Translations under genes and position numbers: made by a program
Notes under the pieces: model-generated
Seen by the model: only the letters and a program-made list of their open reading frames with translations
Told to the model about the DNA's origin: nothing
Database searches by the model: none
Part shown: positions 24,397-41,287 of the stretch, piece after piece
Layout: every line of letters starts with the position of its first letter
Numbering within the stretch: the first letter of the stretch is position 1
Assembly (NCBI GenBank): GCA_002104905.1
Contig: MCFE01000027.1
Span: 1-64,000 of the forward strand
Reading direction: 5' to 3'
Origin: Basidiobolus meristosporus CBS 931.73
Lineage: Eukaryota; Fungi; Basidiobolomycota
Length of the DNA stretch: 64,000 nucleotides

Positions 24397-25382
24397 TTAG
24401 TTACTGCCAACACCCTTCCATTTGGAACCATCAGTCAGGTACACATCGTTCTGACCCAGAGCAGGCTCTCCGTGTTCATGAATGTCAACTTGCAGAAGCT
24501 TGTCCCAATATAAGGTTACCTGATCAGGATTTAACTGAGAGATATCGCTATATTCTTTGAGGAAGTGCTCCCAAAACTGGTTTTCCTCATCCTTGTTGTG
24601 CCAGGTTCCGTTATCTTTAGCCACCGTGCGCAGAAGTAGCACCTTTCGGACCATGTGCAACTTGACCGGCATGTGATCGGGTACGATCTCTCTGGTCAGT
24701 GAAACGATGTCGAACCCTCTATGCTTGCGCATGCTCATGAAAATACCAAGGACTTTCTTGCGGATGGCTGCTCTCTCTACTGTGAAGGTGGTACGCATCC
24801 AGGTCACCAATTTGCGAGTGGAGTCGTCACTGGCGAAAACGATATCCGGTAAGATGTCCCATTGACGAACAATCTCGACCAATTTAGCATCATCTTCTGG
24901 AAGGAAAAAGTTGGACTCCGGGGCAAACAAATACTCCTGCAGGCACTTCTTCAACTCGTTCGACCTTGGGTCAACTTGCACACTCCAATGCTCGGGAACC
25001 ACTGGCTGGGCTTGGCCTCCGCTAGAGATCTCCACTGCTTCAACGATCTTCTTGTGTGTGTCCAGCAAAGCTTCATACAATGCCATAGCACGCTCATTAT
25101 CGCTTAAAGCCTGGGTTGGAATAGGTTACCACTTGGACAATTGTTGTTGATCACGGTGTCACTTACGTTTTCGAACTCCTCCTTGGAAGGCAGTTTTGAC
25201 TCTGGCTCGTCTTGTTTTTCTTGAGCCGTGGTGTCTATTGCTTGGCCTTGAGAGATTGTGATGGGTTTGTCGAAGACAGAGGGCGGATGGACCGCCTCTT
25301 TATCCATGGGATGGTCCTTGACGATGGTTTCTTTGATGTCCGATAACGAGAGACGGTGGTTTTGCTGTTGAGTTTGCATCAT
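24397..25382 (-). CDS. Hypothetical protein (about 310 aa), 2 exons
   Basis: ORFs 25104..25382 and 24397..25086 can be joined by a short GTAACC..TTTAAG intron. Amino-acid composition looks natural. No named family. Confidence 0.7.
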
Positions 25383-26262
25383 TGTATGGGTTGTTGGAGA
25401 CCAGGAAGGGTGGCGGGTATTTATACAAGTTTATAGCAAAATAGGTTGGCCCCAGGTACCACTGCTTCCATCAAAAAGAGGTGTGGAGTATGACTGCGAA
25501 GCGTGGACTTGGCGCATCTACTATACTAAACCCACTACATATTTCCCATTCGGGTGATGCAATATAATCGGATCTTGTAGTTTCCATGCCGACAATTGGA
25601 TAGTAACTTGGTCCGTGATTCACTAGTGGAGGGATTGGCAAACTTTGACACTGTGATGTAGCATCTACCGTTAAAAGAAGCAATACTAACGCAGGTCTTC
25701 CAATGGTTCGTGACGGTGCCACAACGATAATCAGTCTGCTGTCATCAAGAGATTTGGACACTAGTGCTAGATATAGTCACGAACCCTACTACTTGCATGT
25801 CTAAGACGATCGACTCCTGCCAAACACATATAGATGAAATCAGTGTTACTTCGTCGTGTAATTGGTGACATCTTCCGTTACACATGGTACCAGTGTCATC
25901 TCCAATTGGCATTCCCACTGGCATATTTATCCTATTTGCCCAACAAGCTTGGCAATTAATGTCTGGCGTACAAATTTTCAGTTGCCATTAACCTTCACGC
26001 TGGATAAACAGTCTTTTAACTAAAATTAACCACTGATTCTATTATTACATTCGGATTTCATGACTCCTCCATTTATAGCTTCTCTACCCCCAGAATTCAA
26101 GCCCCTTAGCTAATTAAATTCCGTTGCTTTTTTATCGTTTTTTCGTCTGTTTTGTTCTCATCTCTCAACCGTTCGACTTCATCCAGATTTTAGAGTAAGT
26201 TGAAGGCCGGTGCCTTGAACCACTCGAGGCTATACATCTGCTCACAACCTTCCCCTTTGTAG

Positions 26263-27382
26263 ATGGGTAACAAGTCAGAAGCAATCCCGGCCCCTGTGAC
26301 CGCCAAAACCCAGCATCGCCAGCATGCTGCCTCAGTTATCTTCGCTGTTGTTGCCTTTTACTGGTTTTCCTCTCTTTCGGTGGTATTTTTAAACAAGTAC
26401 ATCCTGAGCAGTCCAGAATACAAGTTTTCCTATCCCTTATTCGTAACCTGGTATCAACTTGTTGTGGCCTTGGTGCTCCTAGTTGTGTGGGGTCAGCTCG
26501 GCAAGAGGTAAGAATACCCATCGATGTTATCCCAGAGGCTCATAATTAATATTCTCTCTATCTTCACTACAGCATCTCCTTCTTTTCTACCATCCCACCT
26601 TTTGAATTCGACCTTAGAATTGCCAAGCGAGTGGCACCCTTAACCATCATTTACGTGTTGATGTTGGCGTTGAATAACCTTTGCCTGAAATATGTTGAAG
26701 TAACCTTTTACCAGGTAAGATGTCCAACCAAATATTTTTCCTTAGGCCTTTCCGTGTTAATCATAACCACATCTAGGTCGCTCGCTCTCTAAGCATTCTC
26801 TTCAATATCGTGTTCACCTACACTTTGCTTGGCCAAAAGACCTCCATGCAGGCCATGGTTGGCTGCTCAATTGTATTTGTCGGATTTGTCGTTGGCTCTT
26901 ATGGAGAGGTCAACTTCTCCTGGGCAGGAATTTTCTACGGTGTCAGCTCCAGTGCCTTTGTCGCGCTATATGGTATCTACGTTAAAAAGACTCTGGCCGT
27001 CGTGGACAACAACCAATGGAGACTCCTCCACTACAACACCGCCATTTCCATCATGATCCTGAGTCCCATCGTCATCTTCTCTGGCGAGCTTAGCGATATC
27101 AACCATGAGGTTCTCTTCCTCGATGATTCGAAATTCTGGTTCTTGATGACCGTCACTGGTGTCACCGGGTTCCTGATCAACACTGCCATGTTCCTTCAGA
27201 TCAAGTTTACCACACCATTGACAAACACCATCTCAGGAACCGCCAAGGCCTGCGTTCAAACCCTTCTTGCCGCCATCTTCTTCCAAAACCCCATCTCCTT
27301 CATGAATGGAACCGGCATCTTCATGGCATTGTTCGGCTCGGGCTACTACTCATTTGTTCGATATAACGAGATGAAGAAGTAA
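26263..27382 (+). CDS. GDP-fucose transporter-like nucleotide-sugar transporter (SLC35C1 type)
   Basis: YWFSSLSVVFLNK, PLFVTWYQ, NNLCLKYVEVTFYQVARSL, WRLLHYN, QIKFTTPLTNTISGTAKACVQT. A probable 5'UTR intron (26195-26262) ends right before the ATG. Confidence 0.85.
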
Positions 27383-27646
27383 AACCGGTAAATCCGTGGG
27401 CATGGACCAAGTGGAGTTCTTTATTTTGAATTCCTCACCGTTTACTACCAAACCTCAATCCGAATCCTCCCTTCGTCACGTGAACGACCCCCAAGCCTAA
27501 ATGAAAAAGTTTTCTTATGTTTGAATGTAAACTAGCATTTATCTCAATATTCAATAAATTCAACCTAGCCTGTCACGTGATGCCGAGCTCTTATCCTATT
27601 TTTATTGCATTAGAATAGTGATGATGAGAGTAGCTTGCATCTGTTC

Positions 27647-28450
27647 ATGGAGTATTTACGAAGAGCAGGTTGGGTAATACAGTTTGGTTGTTGCGTGCAT
27701 TTATTTAATGAGTATCTAGTCGAAGTTACCCAGGTATGTGTATCGTTCGAGTGGCCGAATGGTATTCCATCCTCTTCTCCAGACGACAATTGACTAAACT
27801 CCTTTTGAACCAGTGCATGGGTCCTTCTATGCTCCCCACTCTCAACGTTGTTGGAGATTTCGTGGCCATGGAACATGCAAGCCCTCGACTTGGTCGTCTA
27901 AAGACCGGTGATGTGGTTGTTGCCGTGTCACCCAACAACCCTGATCGGGCGGTGTGCAAGCGTATTCTAGGAATGGTGGGTTCTCCTTAATTTCCCTCTC
28001 CGGGCCTTTCTTCATTACCGTGCATGTTTGGCCTAACCACCCTCTAGCCAGGTGACCACATTTGCGTAGATCCCTCACAGTACCCAAGACAGTTTATCAC
28101 GGTAAAGCTGAACGAATTTTTTCCTCGCAGAGAGGACGTTGCCTGGTTGGTTACTCAACCCTTAAAATCAATTAAACCCGTTTAGGTTCCACCTGGACAT
28201 GTATGGCTACAGGGAGACAACATGAGCAACTCTACGGACTCTAGAGCCTACGGACCAGTGCCTTACGGCTTGATCAAAGGAAAGGTGTTCGCTAGGGTAA
28301 GAACCGAATTCAATCAAGACCCCCCTCCCCCACTGAAAACAGAGCACTCAAGCCAGCTTTATACTCTAGGTATGGCCAAATCCGACCTGGATAACCAACG
28401 GATTGAAGCCAATCACAATGGTCCAGGAGGAAGAGAAACGAATCTCGTAG
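27647..28450 (+). CDS. IMP1: Mitochondrial inner-membrane peptidase subunit 1 (S26 family)
   Basis: Spliced [11 protein letters not shown] (catalytic Ser), GDVVVAVSP...VCKRILGM (catalytic Lys), [26 protein letters not shown]. Confidence 0.92.
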
Positions 28451-28865
28451 TCAATTTAGAACACAACATCACTCATTCTCTCGGTTGACGAGTCCACATT
28501 TCACTCCTCCACCTCAGACACTCATCCCCTTATCCCCACCACCTCCAAAACCCCTTTCCATCAAGCCACTTCACCGAAGGAAGCTAGTGAAAATGCCGTT
28601 ATAATCCCAACCCCACCAAATGAACCCGAACTGATATGATTTTACTAAAGCACCCAGCATTTGCATCGCTGGCATAGATCAATATAGCATGAACCCATCA
28701 AGCTTTTAGATTCCAGAATGAGCTACACCCCACGCTGGCCATTCGGAATAGCCGAGCTGACAATCTCAGAATCTGGCATAAACCTAAGCCATCTTCTAAG
28801 CGGGAATAAATTAGAGTCATGTGAAGGTAGTGAGTTTACTTGTTAAAGCATCGCTCGACAGTTAA

Positions 28866-29650
28866 TCAGAATGGTAAGCGGGTTTCCCAACTTGGGAGCA
28901 GCAAACCTAGAGTAACTTTTCGCTTATCATTTTGGCATTGGCCAAATCGAACGGTGGCAGATATGGAGATCCCCTCAAGATACAGCAATGAGCCTGCATG
29001 GGTAGTGTATCCGGGGGGTGGAGAGTCATCCAAGGGTTTTTCCAGCGATGGACAAATCGAGATAGGCACCACCCACTGGAGGTTGGCTGGGAGATTAGCG
29101 AGATCGAAAACTAATTCCCGCTCATTCGTGATAGAGTTTAGAGGCACGATGTATCTCGAATCATCCAACTCATTGTCCGTTTTTGGGAAATCGCCCACGA
29201 TTCCCAGAGTATATTTAGCACGAGTGTTGTTTGTTGCGAAGTCAAAAATGACCCAGATATTCCGTAATGTCGGGTAAGAAATTTCGCCTCAGCCATATGT
29301 TGACCCATATGGGTATCGAATTCCAGAATTAAGGAGAGCCTCGCCGGAAAAGGAGATTATTAATCTATCCAGCTCCAATGGTATGCTCTCCTTCTCAGCC
29401 AACCGAATCGCTTGGATAAAATCGCAAAAACGTTCAGGACCTATTCCCAATATGGCCACAGCGATTGTACTTAAGTGTCCCGCATCGATCAAGAAACTTC
29501 CTGATTTCTCTAAATAGCGGATGGTTCGGTTCTTCTGCGAAAACTAACCCAAAGAGTGGAAGGTTCGGTTCTTCTGCGGAAACAAGACCAAATAGGGGAA
29601 GGTTCAGTTCTTCTGAGGAAACCAGGGTTCGATTGTTGAATGGTATTTCA
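28866..29650 (-). pseudogene. Interrupted ORF of unknown function (one in-frame TGA at 29289-29291 plus an upstream frame change)
   Basis: ORFs 29289..29492 and 28866..29198 are in the same frame and separated only by one TGA and 30 sense codons. The 13-aa repeat lies upstream in another frame. Confidence 0.45.
29523..29626. repeat. 39-bp tandem repeat, about 2.7 copies
   Basis: Units starting GGTTCGGTTCTTCTGCG.. at 29523, 29562 and 29601. On the minus strand they read LVxxEExNxPLFx three times. Confidence 0.9.
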
Positions 29651-29905
29651 GTGAATTGCTTGAATGTCGCATTGCGGGTGGTTGAGTGGTGTTTTAGTGG
29701 GTTTATTCAATGCTGTATGTGTGGTGGTTCAATGGATGTTGCATGGCAGGTAATTGTGTTGCATTTCAATGGATTTATTCAATGTTGGATTCTATATGGG
29801 TAATGGGAGGTTGGGTAAATACATGAACACTATGAACAAGACACGGCAGTAACTCGCATTATTTACAAGCTCAAATGGGATATCTGAAAATACGATGCCT
29901 CAGAC

Positions 29906-30772
29906 CTAGAAATTCAATACACCTTCGCGAATGCCGAGCGCATAGGTTGGGTTAAAGGACTTTGCCTGCAAAATCGAGAGAGGTGGGAGCGTCAGGGTTG
30001 GTTGGCTGTCACCATGAGAGCATGAGATACAGTTTCTGCCAACCATATCTCGGATGGGTGGTAATTGGCAGCAGGCACTCATCTCATAAGGCTCTGAAGT
30101 ACTATTGGATCCCCTGGAATGTGAATCGTCATAGGAGCTTGTGGATTCGGATAGTGGTGAGCCTGGCAAGTGGGAGCTCTCATGGATCAAAGAGGCAGCA
30201 CTCAACGAAAGTGGAGGAAGTTTCTCCGAGCTGAAGGTAGAATTGGGTGGAGTCAGAGGCGGCGAGAGTTTGACCCTTTTGGGCCCGTCGTTTTCTTTGG
30301 ATGTGGTGACGGGCTGGGTCTTGATGAATATACTCTTGGTTTCATAATGCCATGACAGCTGGGACCGCTTTGCGGTGCGGCAGTTCAATTTAAGAACGGT
30401 GAAATTGCGCTTTCTTTTCTGCTCGCTGCTTTCGCTCTCAATGTCAAGCTCATGAGGGACGATCAGCGGCTCGTACTTTTTCTTTTTCAATGATTGGCGA
30501 CGGTTTTGGAACCAAATCTGAACTGTACGAAGGTTCATGTTGAGCTGCCGGGCAAGCTGTTCCTTAATCTCGCTGCTGGGGCGATGGTTCACTTGGAATG
30601 CTTCCTCAAGAATGGCTTGCTCCTCTTTGTTGGTCCTTCTACGAGGTTTGCGTGAATTTACCATTGGCTTGATATTACAAGCGAACTCCTCGGGTTTGGT
30701 GTTCACCCAGTCAGTTGGCGAGGGGAAACTAGAGGAGACAGCCTTGCAATTATTATCAACCCTAGCCATCAT
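29906..30772 (-). CDS. Homeodomain transcription factor, single exon
   Basis: KPRRRTNKEEQAILEEAF...LNMNLRTVQIWFQNRRQSLKK. Confidence 0.92.
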   Translation of the reverse strand: MMARVDNNCKAVSSSFPSPTDWVNTKPEEFACNIKPMVNSRKPRRRTNKEEQAILEEAFQVNHRPSSEIKEQLARQLNMNLRTVQIWFQNRRQSLKKKKYEPLIVPHELDIESESSEQKRKRNFTVLKLNCRTAKRSQLSWHYETKSIFIKTQPVTTSKENDGPKRVKLSPPLTPPNSTFSSEKLPPLSLSAASLIHESSHLPGSPLSESTSSYDDSHSRGSNSTSEPYEMSACCQLPPIRDMVGRNCISCSHGDSQPTLTLPPLSILQAKSFNPTYALGIREGVLNF

Positions 30773-30996
30773 TGTATTCGTGCTATGGGATCGCGATATG
30801 TTACAGGAGGGATAGAGTAGAAATCAAAGAGACAACATCGCTCCCGGAGCTACGGGTAGGTTATATATAGCCGCTGGCCAGGAAATCAAGAAATATCAGC
30901 CGTTGATATTGATACGACATCACTGATCCCCATTCGTACTGATATGGTCCAGTGCCTGGTTTATTCGATGAACCTCGCATTTGGCAACCGACTAGA

Positions 30997-31075
30997 CAAT
31001 TCAGTTCACAGCTTGTATACCCAATTCAGTACACAGCTAGTATGCCCAATTCAGTACACAGCTAGTATGCCCAAT
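30997..31075. repeat. 25-bp tandem repeat, 3 copies, upstream of the homeobox gene
   Basis: Units similar to CAATTCAGTACACAGCTAGTATGCC at 30997, 31022 and 31047. Confidence 0.9.
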
Positions 31076-32907
31076 AAAGCAATTTCAGAGTTCGAGTCTA
31101 GATCACTTGGAAAATAGATGTGATGATGCAAGTCAGTGAACGCATAAAGCATTCATGCAGGCGGTGTGATTGCTGTCTCCCCCCTCGAGCCCCATTGCAA
31201 CGCCGTCTCTCCTTCATGCTCCATACGCCCATGTCATGGTCATCGCAGAGCACCCGAGACACATAGCAAGTGCAAGGGTAACTTTAACACAAAAGTTCAG
31301 TTTGGTGATGGGATAGCCAAAACGAGAAATTAAACTAGTCGAGCGAGCTTATGGAAAGCGCATCAATACAGAGTCACAGGAAAACAGGGTTTGAACATTT
31401 CCCAAATCGGCTCGATATATCGATCCAACTGATTTTCCCAAAAATGAAGCTTGAAGTCATGTTGATCGAGGTTCCTTAATAGGGGGAAGTGCTTGCGCGA
31501 ATCACCTCTCGCGAAGCCGGCGCAGATATCTCGGATCAATCAAAAAAAGTTAATAAACAAATAATGGCTTTGAAAATCAACTGGAAATGGAGTTCCCCTG
31601 TTAGGTCACTGATTTTCTATACTGGTCCATACCGAGAGTGGTCAACAACATGCTGCGTTCACTATTATCCGGATATCTTCGATGCCACTTTGCCATGTTC
31701 TCTCAATGACGTTATGAGTAACACCGTGGGATACACCCAAGATATCTACGAATCTGGCAACCAGGTTCCCAAGTTTAACATCACCACATATGTGCTCCAT
31801 TCAACTTGAGCGTCGAACATGCACCCAGATCGAAATGGATTGATTCAATACTAATCCATATTCCCAAGGTCGAGTGGCATTCTAATTCCAGATAGGTGTG
31901 CCGCTAGAACATTTTTCATGCGCTGTCTTTCCTTGTAGCTTGAATCCCACTGCTCTTGGATGGTTCCATGAATTCATCCGATTCGGAAACTGCGATAACT
32001 CTCCTGTCTTGCTACATGCCGGTGCTTTATTCAGTTAAAGACACCCCCGAATAGGTGATCGATGGAACCAACGAACGCGAAGTGAGTTAAACATTTATGA
32101 GCTTATAGACCCGACACTTCTTGGGATTTTCGTTTTAGCGAACGTTACTGTTGCGCGCTTTTGAGCGGGAAGTTTGCGTGTGTGTGCGTGTGCCGTAGAG
32201 ATTCTCAAAAGCTGCATCGACTCCTCACTCTAGGTAGGCTATGCGATACAGAAAGAGAAAGGTCGACTTGGAGAGGGTGTCAGTGCAGGTAGAACACGCT
32301 TGGTATTTCAGGTAAGACATTATACTAATGTAGAGGTCGCCATAATAGACGATCATTGGCCGCATTCGATATAAAGTCCCAAGTAGGAACAACGAACCTA
32401 CTCGCTGAATATGGCATTGTTCGTGAAATCCCGGTGATAGCATCCTCTGAGGGAGAAATGCCTCTTTGAGTTTTGTGAACATACCTTAGATGGAAGCAAT
32501 ACATTTCTTTAAGGGATTTGTGGTTGCCGATAATGTCTTTTTAAGCCAGATGTCGTGACTTCCCGGTGCGGAGCGAATCAGAGATTATTCCGCAACCGTA
32601 CCCAAATGAATCTCCTTCTGAAGAACGTTTGGTCAGCCCTCCCATTCATTGCTTGAAATTTTTCCCATTTTCTCTGGCATGGATGTCATGTCACGTGGCT
32701 TGAGGTGGTCTTCCCTGGACCTGCACACCAAACGATGGTTGTTTACACACCTCCCCTGAGCTTCAGCGGATTCCTCCAGTTATTTCATATTTCTTCATTG
32801 TAGAACGAATGGATGGATGAAGGCGAGCTTAGGGAAAGCGTTAATGCACACTAGTAGTGTTCATTAGCGCCACTCGAATCCATTTTTTTCTGTGTTTACT
32901 GGGGTCT

Positions 32908-33064
32908 TCATTTTTTCCATATTTACTGGTCGAGTAGTGGTTCACAATGTGATCCCTTTTTCTATATCTACTGGCTGAGTGGTGGTTCACAATAGGATCT
33001 CTTTTTCTATTTCCACTGGCTGAGTGGTGGTTCATCAATGAGATCGCTTCTATATTTACCGGTC
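32908..33064. repeat. 45-bp tandem repeat, about 3.5 copies
   Basis: A GAGTGGTGGTTCA core recurs at 32932, 32977 and 33022. The minus-strand frame reads NHHSASxxRKRDxIV repeats. Confidence 0.85.
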
Positions 33065-33593
33065 GCTTCAGGAAAGCGATTCAACCACATGGGAGAGGAG
33101 AGGTAGAAAATCTGGGTTTCGCTAGGCTGCATTGAACCCGATTACAAATCACCCCAGTGGCCATTGGTTCGCATGATTTGCCGTGGATTGATTGGTAATT
33201 TCTCTTTTACGGAAGAGGAGGTGTAGGTTGGGACCCATTCGTGGGGAGGCGAGGTGCAAAACCCCCAGACGACTACGAGGAGAGTACGCCGGAGATGCCT
33301 TCAACTCTGATCAGATGCTGAAAATTCCCCGGCTATACTACCCTTGTCTGGCCTGATAGCCTCAGCAAGAAATCAATGCATTACTAAGCGATGCTACAGG
33401 CGAGGGAAAATGTCGACAGGAAATTTATTGACCTGAACAGGTTGAGGCTCGGTTGAAGCATGTTATTTGCTGATTATACATGTGAGGGGACCAAGGAAGT
33501 CCGTAGGAATATACACGAAATCCAGAGATAGCTCTCCGAGTGATATTTAGTGAAGCGTGCAGGGGGAGTGATTAAATGGTGAGAATGCTTTGA

Positions 33594-34884
33594 TCAGTTG
33601 TGGCAGAATAGCTTACGCAAGAGCGTGTGCTTCTTGGCGTACCCGTTCAAGATCTTCTTGTTGACCGTCGACTCAAACTTCTTGGCCTCGGCCAGGATGT
33701 CGCCAAGAGATCCGGAGAACGGCTCGCACAGTCTAGCGCTCAACACCTTCATGATGTCTTCGAACTGATCTAGCTGCAAAAGACGTGGTTCATTCCGTTT
33801 CAGCAAGGCCAGCGAGACCCTCAGCAGTGTCACATCGATCCCATCCAAGAACATGACGTCATATATCCTCTGCACCAACGGCAGTGGGAAACAGCACCCG
33901 AAAATGGTCAAGAACCATTGCGTGGAATACATACCGGTCTTGACGTTGTAGGCATCCAGGTGATCCAACAGTCTCGGAAGGTGCGTGGACATCAGGGATC
34001 GCAGCTGATAGATCCTCAGCTCGAGGCCAATCATGTTGTGCGAGTATGTGGTGCGCAGATTGTAACTCTCCATCATCCTAAACATTATCATCAGCACAAT
34101 GGCCCTGGGATTGCATTCCAATGGGGACCACCAACCTTACAAACACGCAGAACGCCTCGCATTCCTCCAGCTGCATCAACAAGATCCCAACGATGTGGCC
34201 AAAGCCCTGGCAGTAGCCAACCTGGGCATCGTAAGTGGAATACACCCGCAGAATGTTTCTCATCCCCGTCTGACCTGGCCCATCTTTGTCCTGGAACATC
34301 TCCAGCCTTGGGAAGGTGCGCGGTAGATCCAGGGCGATATCACAGTCATGAGGGGATGCCTCGTGTGCCAACTGCGAGTAGAGCGTTTCCAAGAAGGTCC
34401 GGTCCCCCTTGCTCATGATCTTCCACAGACGGCCACGATACACCGAGGGTATCCCCATGTAAAGTTTCTCCCGGACCAGCTCCGGCGCTTCCTTGTACAC
34501 CTGTCCGAAGTTGTTGGCCAAATCCTCCCAGAAAGTATAGTTGATTTGTGGAGCAAGCTCTGTGTAAACGGTGGTTAGCTGGGCTGGCTGGAATGGAGCT
34601 TTTAGCAAGACTGGGGATGGGTAACTAAGCTGATCTAGCTCTAGGTCTATGGAGATGGTGGACACCTCGGAGCTGGTCAGCGGACTGGCGTCCAACCCGA
34701 AGGGGGCAATGGTGTCAAAGGAGTCGTGGTTGTAGGCATTCTCAGGAAGCGAGCTGATGAGATGATATTCGACCGATGGGGATTGGGCTGTGGAGTCTCG
34801 TGATAGGCGATGAAGTAACTTTGGGTCAAGAATGATGTCTTCCTTCTCTGTCGAGATAGGGTAAAAAGCGGCGACTGTAGTCAT
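33594..34884 (-). CDS. TBC-domain Rab GTPase-activating protein (EVI5/Gyp5-like); 1 intron
   Basis: GIPSVYRGRLW, IALDLPRTFP (Arg finger), GYCQG (Gln finger), MYSTQWFLTIF, RIYDVMF. Confidence 0.92.
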
Positions 34885-35462
34885 CGTAGTATCTTCCAGG
34901 GAGCCTTGACTATCAAGTAGCCTGAGGGAGGGAGTCGTTGGGGTTGGGTTTTATATGGACACTGGGCCTTGTTAACAAAGGAGAACTGGGAAAGAGCCAA
35001 GCCTAAGCGAATTAAGTTTGGGCTTAAAAATGTCGAAATGTCCAGGAAGGCTTGGCTTAGGTGACTAATAAACATTTGGCCAAAATGGGACTTGCTAAAT
35101 TTGCCGATAGGAGTAATTACTCGAGTTTGGGAAGTCAGATCCCCTGCGATCATTGGCCCGTTCGTGCGTACATGAAGAGGATGGAATGAAACGGTGGGTA
35201 GAGGACTGACACTCGAGACATCGAGTGAAAATAGGGGCGAGCCGCACCCACAAAACATGCCTCGTCACATTGAAACACTGCCTGATTTCGCCTCATCACA
35301 GGAAGCTAAATCTAGTTTTCCTGTCCGAATCCAACTGGGATTCGATGTTGGAATGAAAATTTTCTGCTTCCCAAACTGGGCAATGTCTGATCTTAGTAAA
35401 CAGAAAGTAACCGAAGCCACGATTTTTCATTCGCTTCTGCTTGCCCAACGCTCCCAAGAGCC

Positions 35463-35996
35463 ATGTCCAACATCGTGCCCACAGAAAAACGCCAATTAAG
35501 AGCTTGCCTGCTATGCTCCCTGGTCAAGGTTCACAGTCATTCCCATACCATCCGTCCTATTGCAATGATAACCAACCGACCTTGATTATGTAGAACGCTG
35601 CTCAGTTTCGACAGACGGGTTGTGAGAATTGCGAGGAGATCTTGCGTATGCGTGGAAGTAACGATCGCGTGATGGAATGTACTAGTTCTACTTTTGACGG
35701 GTACCCTTTTTGTTTCTTTCCACTTTACGTTGAGCCCTGGCTTACAGTTGGTGTCCTTGTAGTTGTATAGCCATGATGAAGCCGGATGAAAGCTGGGTTG
35801 CGCGCTGGCAACGCATCGGTAAGCCACTATTTAGCGTCCGGCCAGAATCATTGACTGATCCTTTGCCTATAAAGATAAATTCACCAAGGGGCTCTACGCG
35901 GTTCGTGTCTCTGGCCGTATACCTGAGTATGTAGAGGATGAATTGGATCGACGCGGCATTAAGTATAGACCTCGTGATGGTTCTTCAAAAGACTAA
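35463..35996 (+). CDS. SPT4: Transcription elongation factor Spt4; 3 introns
   Basis: Spliced LRACLLCSLVK...GCENC...CTSSTFDG...SWVARWQRI...GLYAVRVSGRIP. Confidence 0.95.
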
Positions 35997-36234
35997 TACC
36001 GATTTCGATGGATTGTATATATAAAAACCAGAAATTCTTCTTATTGAGACGTGTTCACCTAACCGACAATGGATGCTTATATGGCTGCGCATTATTTATT
36101 GGATATTATAGCTTTTGTTTGGCTCAATGAAGTGTAACAAAGTGCGTCGAGTATGCGTGGAAAATGGAATACGAATTGGATTGTCGAGATACATATGTGA
36201 ATGCAACAATGATGTATTATGGCTTTTGGTACAG

Positions 36235-40797
<4,563 letters not shown>

Positions 40798-41287
40798 TCC
40801 AAAGATACTATAAGATTCCCTGAGTGTTATGATTAAAGCCCAATTAAGACAGTTAGGTGGACTTACTTTTAAAGTAGAGTGAGAGGTTTGAGTCGAAAGT
40901 TATAGTAGGTGTTTGTCCGTAAGTACCAGAAGTAATTTACAAGGAAACTATGAGACGTACAAGGTATAAGTTCGAAGCACTGGGCCATATAACCCAAAGG
41001 TGTTCTTGATTCAAGATAGTTCGAAGATTACTGATTATCAAGCCAATATCCAAAAATGACTGAATGTCTTGAAAATGTTACTCGAAAGATTATAGTAGTG
41101 TGAATATATGCTCAGAGAGTGGATCTATCTTAAGCATGGTTTTAAACCTAATCTAGATGTGACGTGATATTGATCAGCATTTCAAAGCCGCATTCTGCTA
41201 TCTTGCTTGCTGTAATATCTGCTTAATTGAACACAATTCCATCAGTTCTCTAAGAGCGTTTCACCTTAGCATTACGATCTATCAACC

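Noticed and set aside
19026-30772. Two homeodomain genes as a possible HD1/HD2 mating-type pair
   Set aside because: Both are typical WFQNRR homeodomains. They are convergent, about 9 kb apart and separated by unrelated genes, not a divergent HD1/HD2 pair.
31489-32482. Short ORFs 31489..31809 and 32225..32482
   Set aside because: No motifs, no convincing start or splice context, and lengths compatible with chance.
29523-33064. Repeats of 25-45 bp as possible CRISPR-like arrays
   Set aside because: The units are head-to-tail with no unique spacers, there are no cas genes, and the context is eukaryotic.
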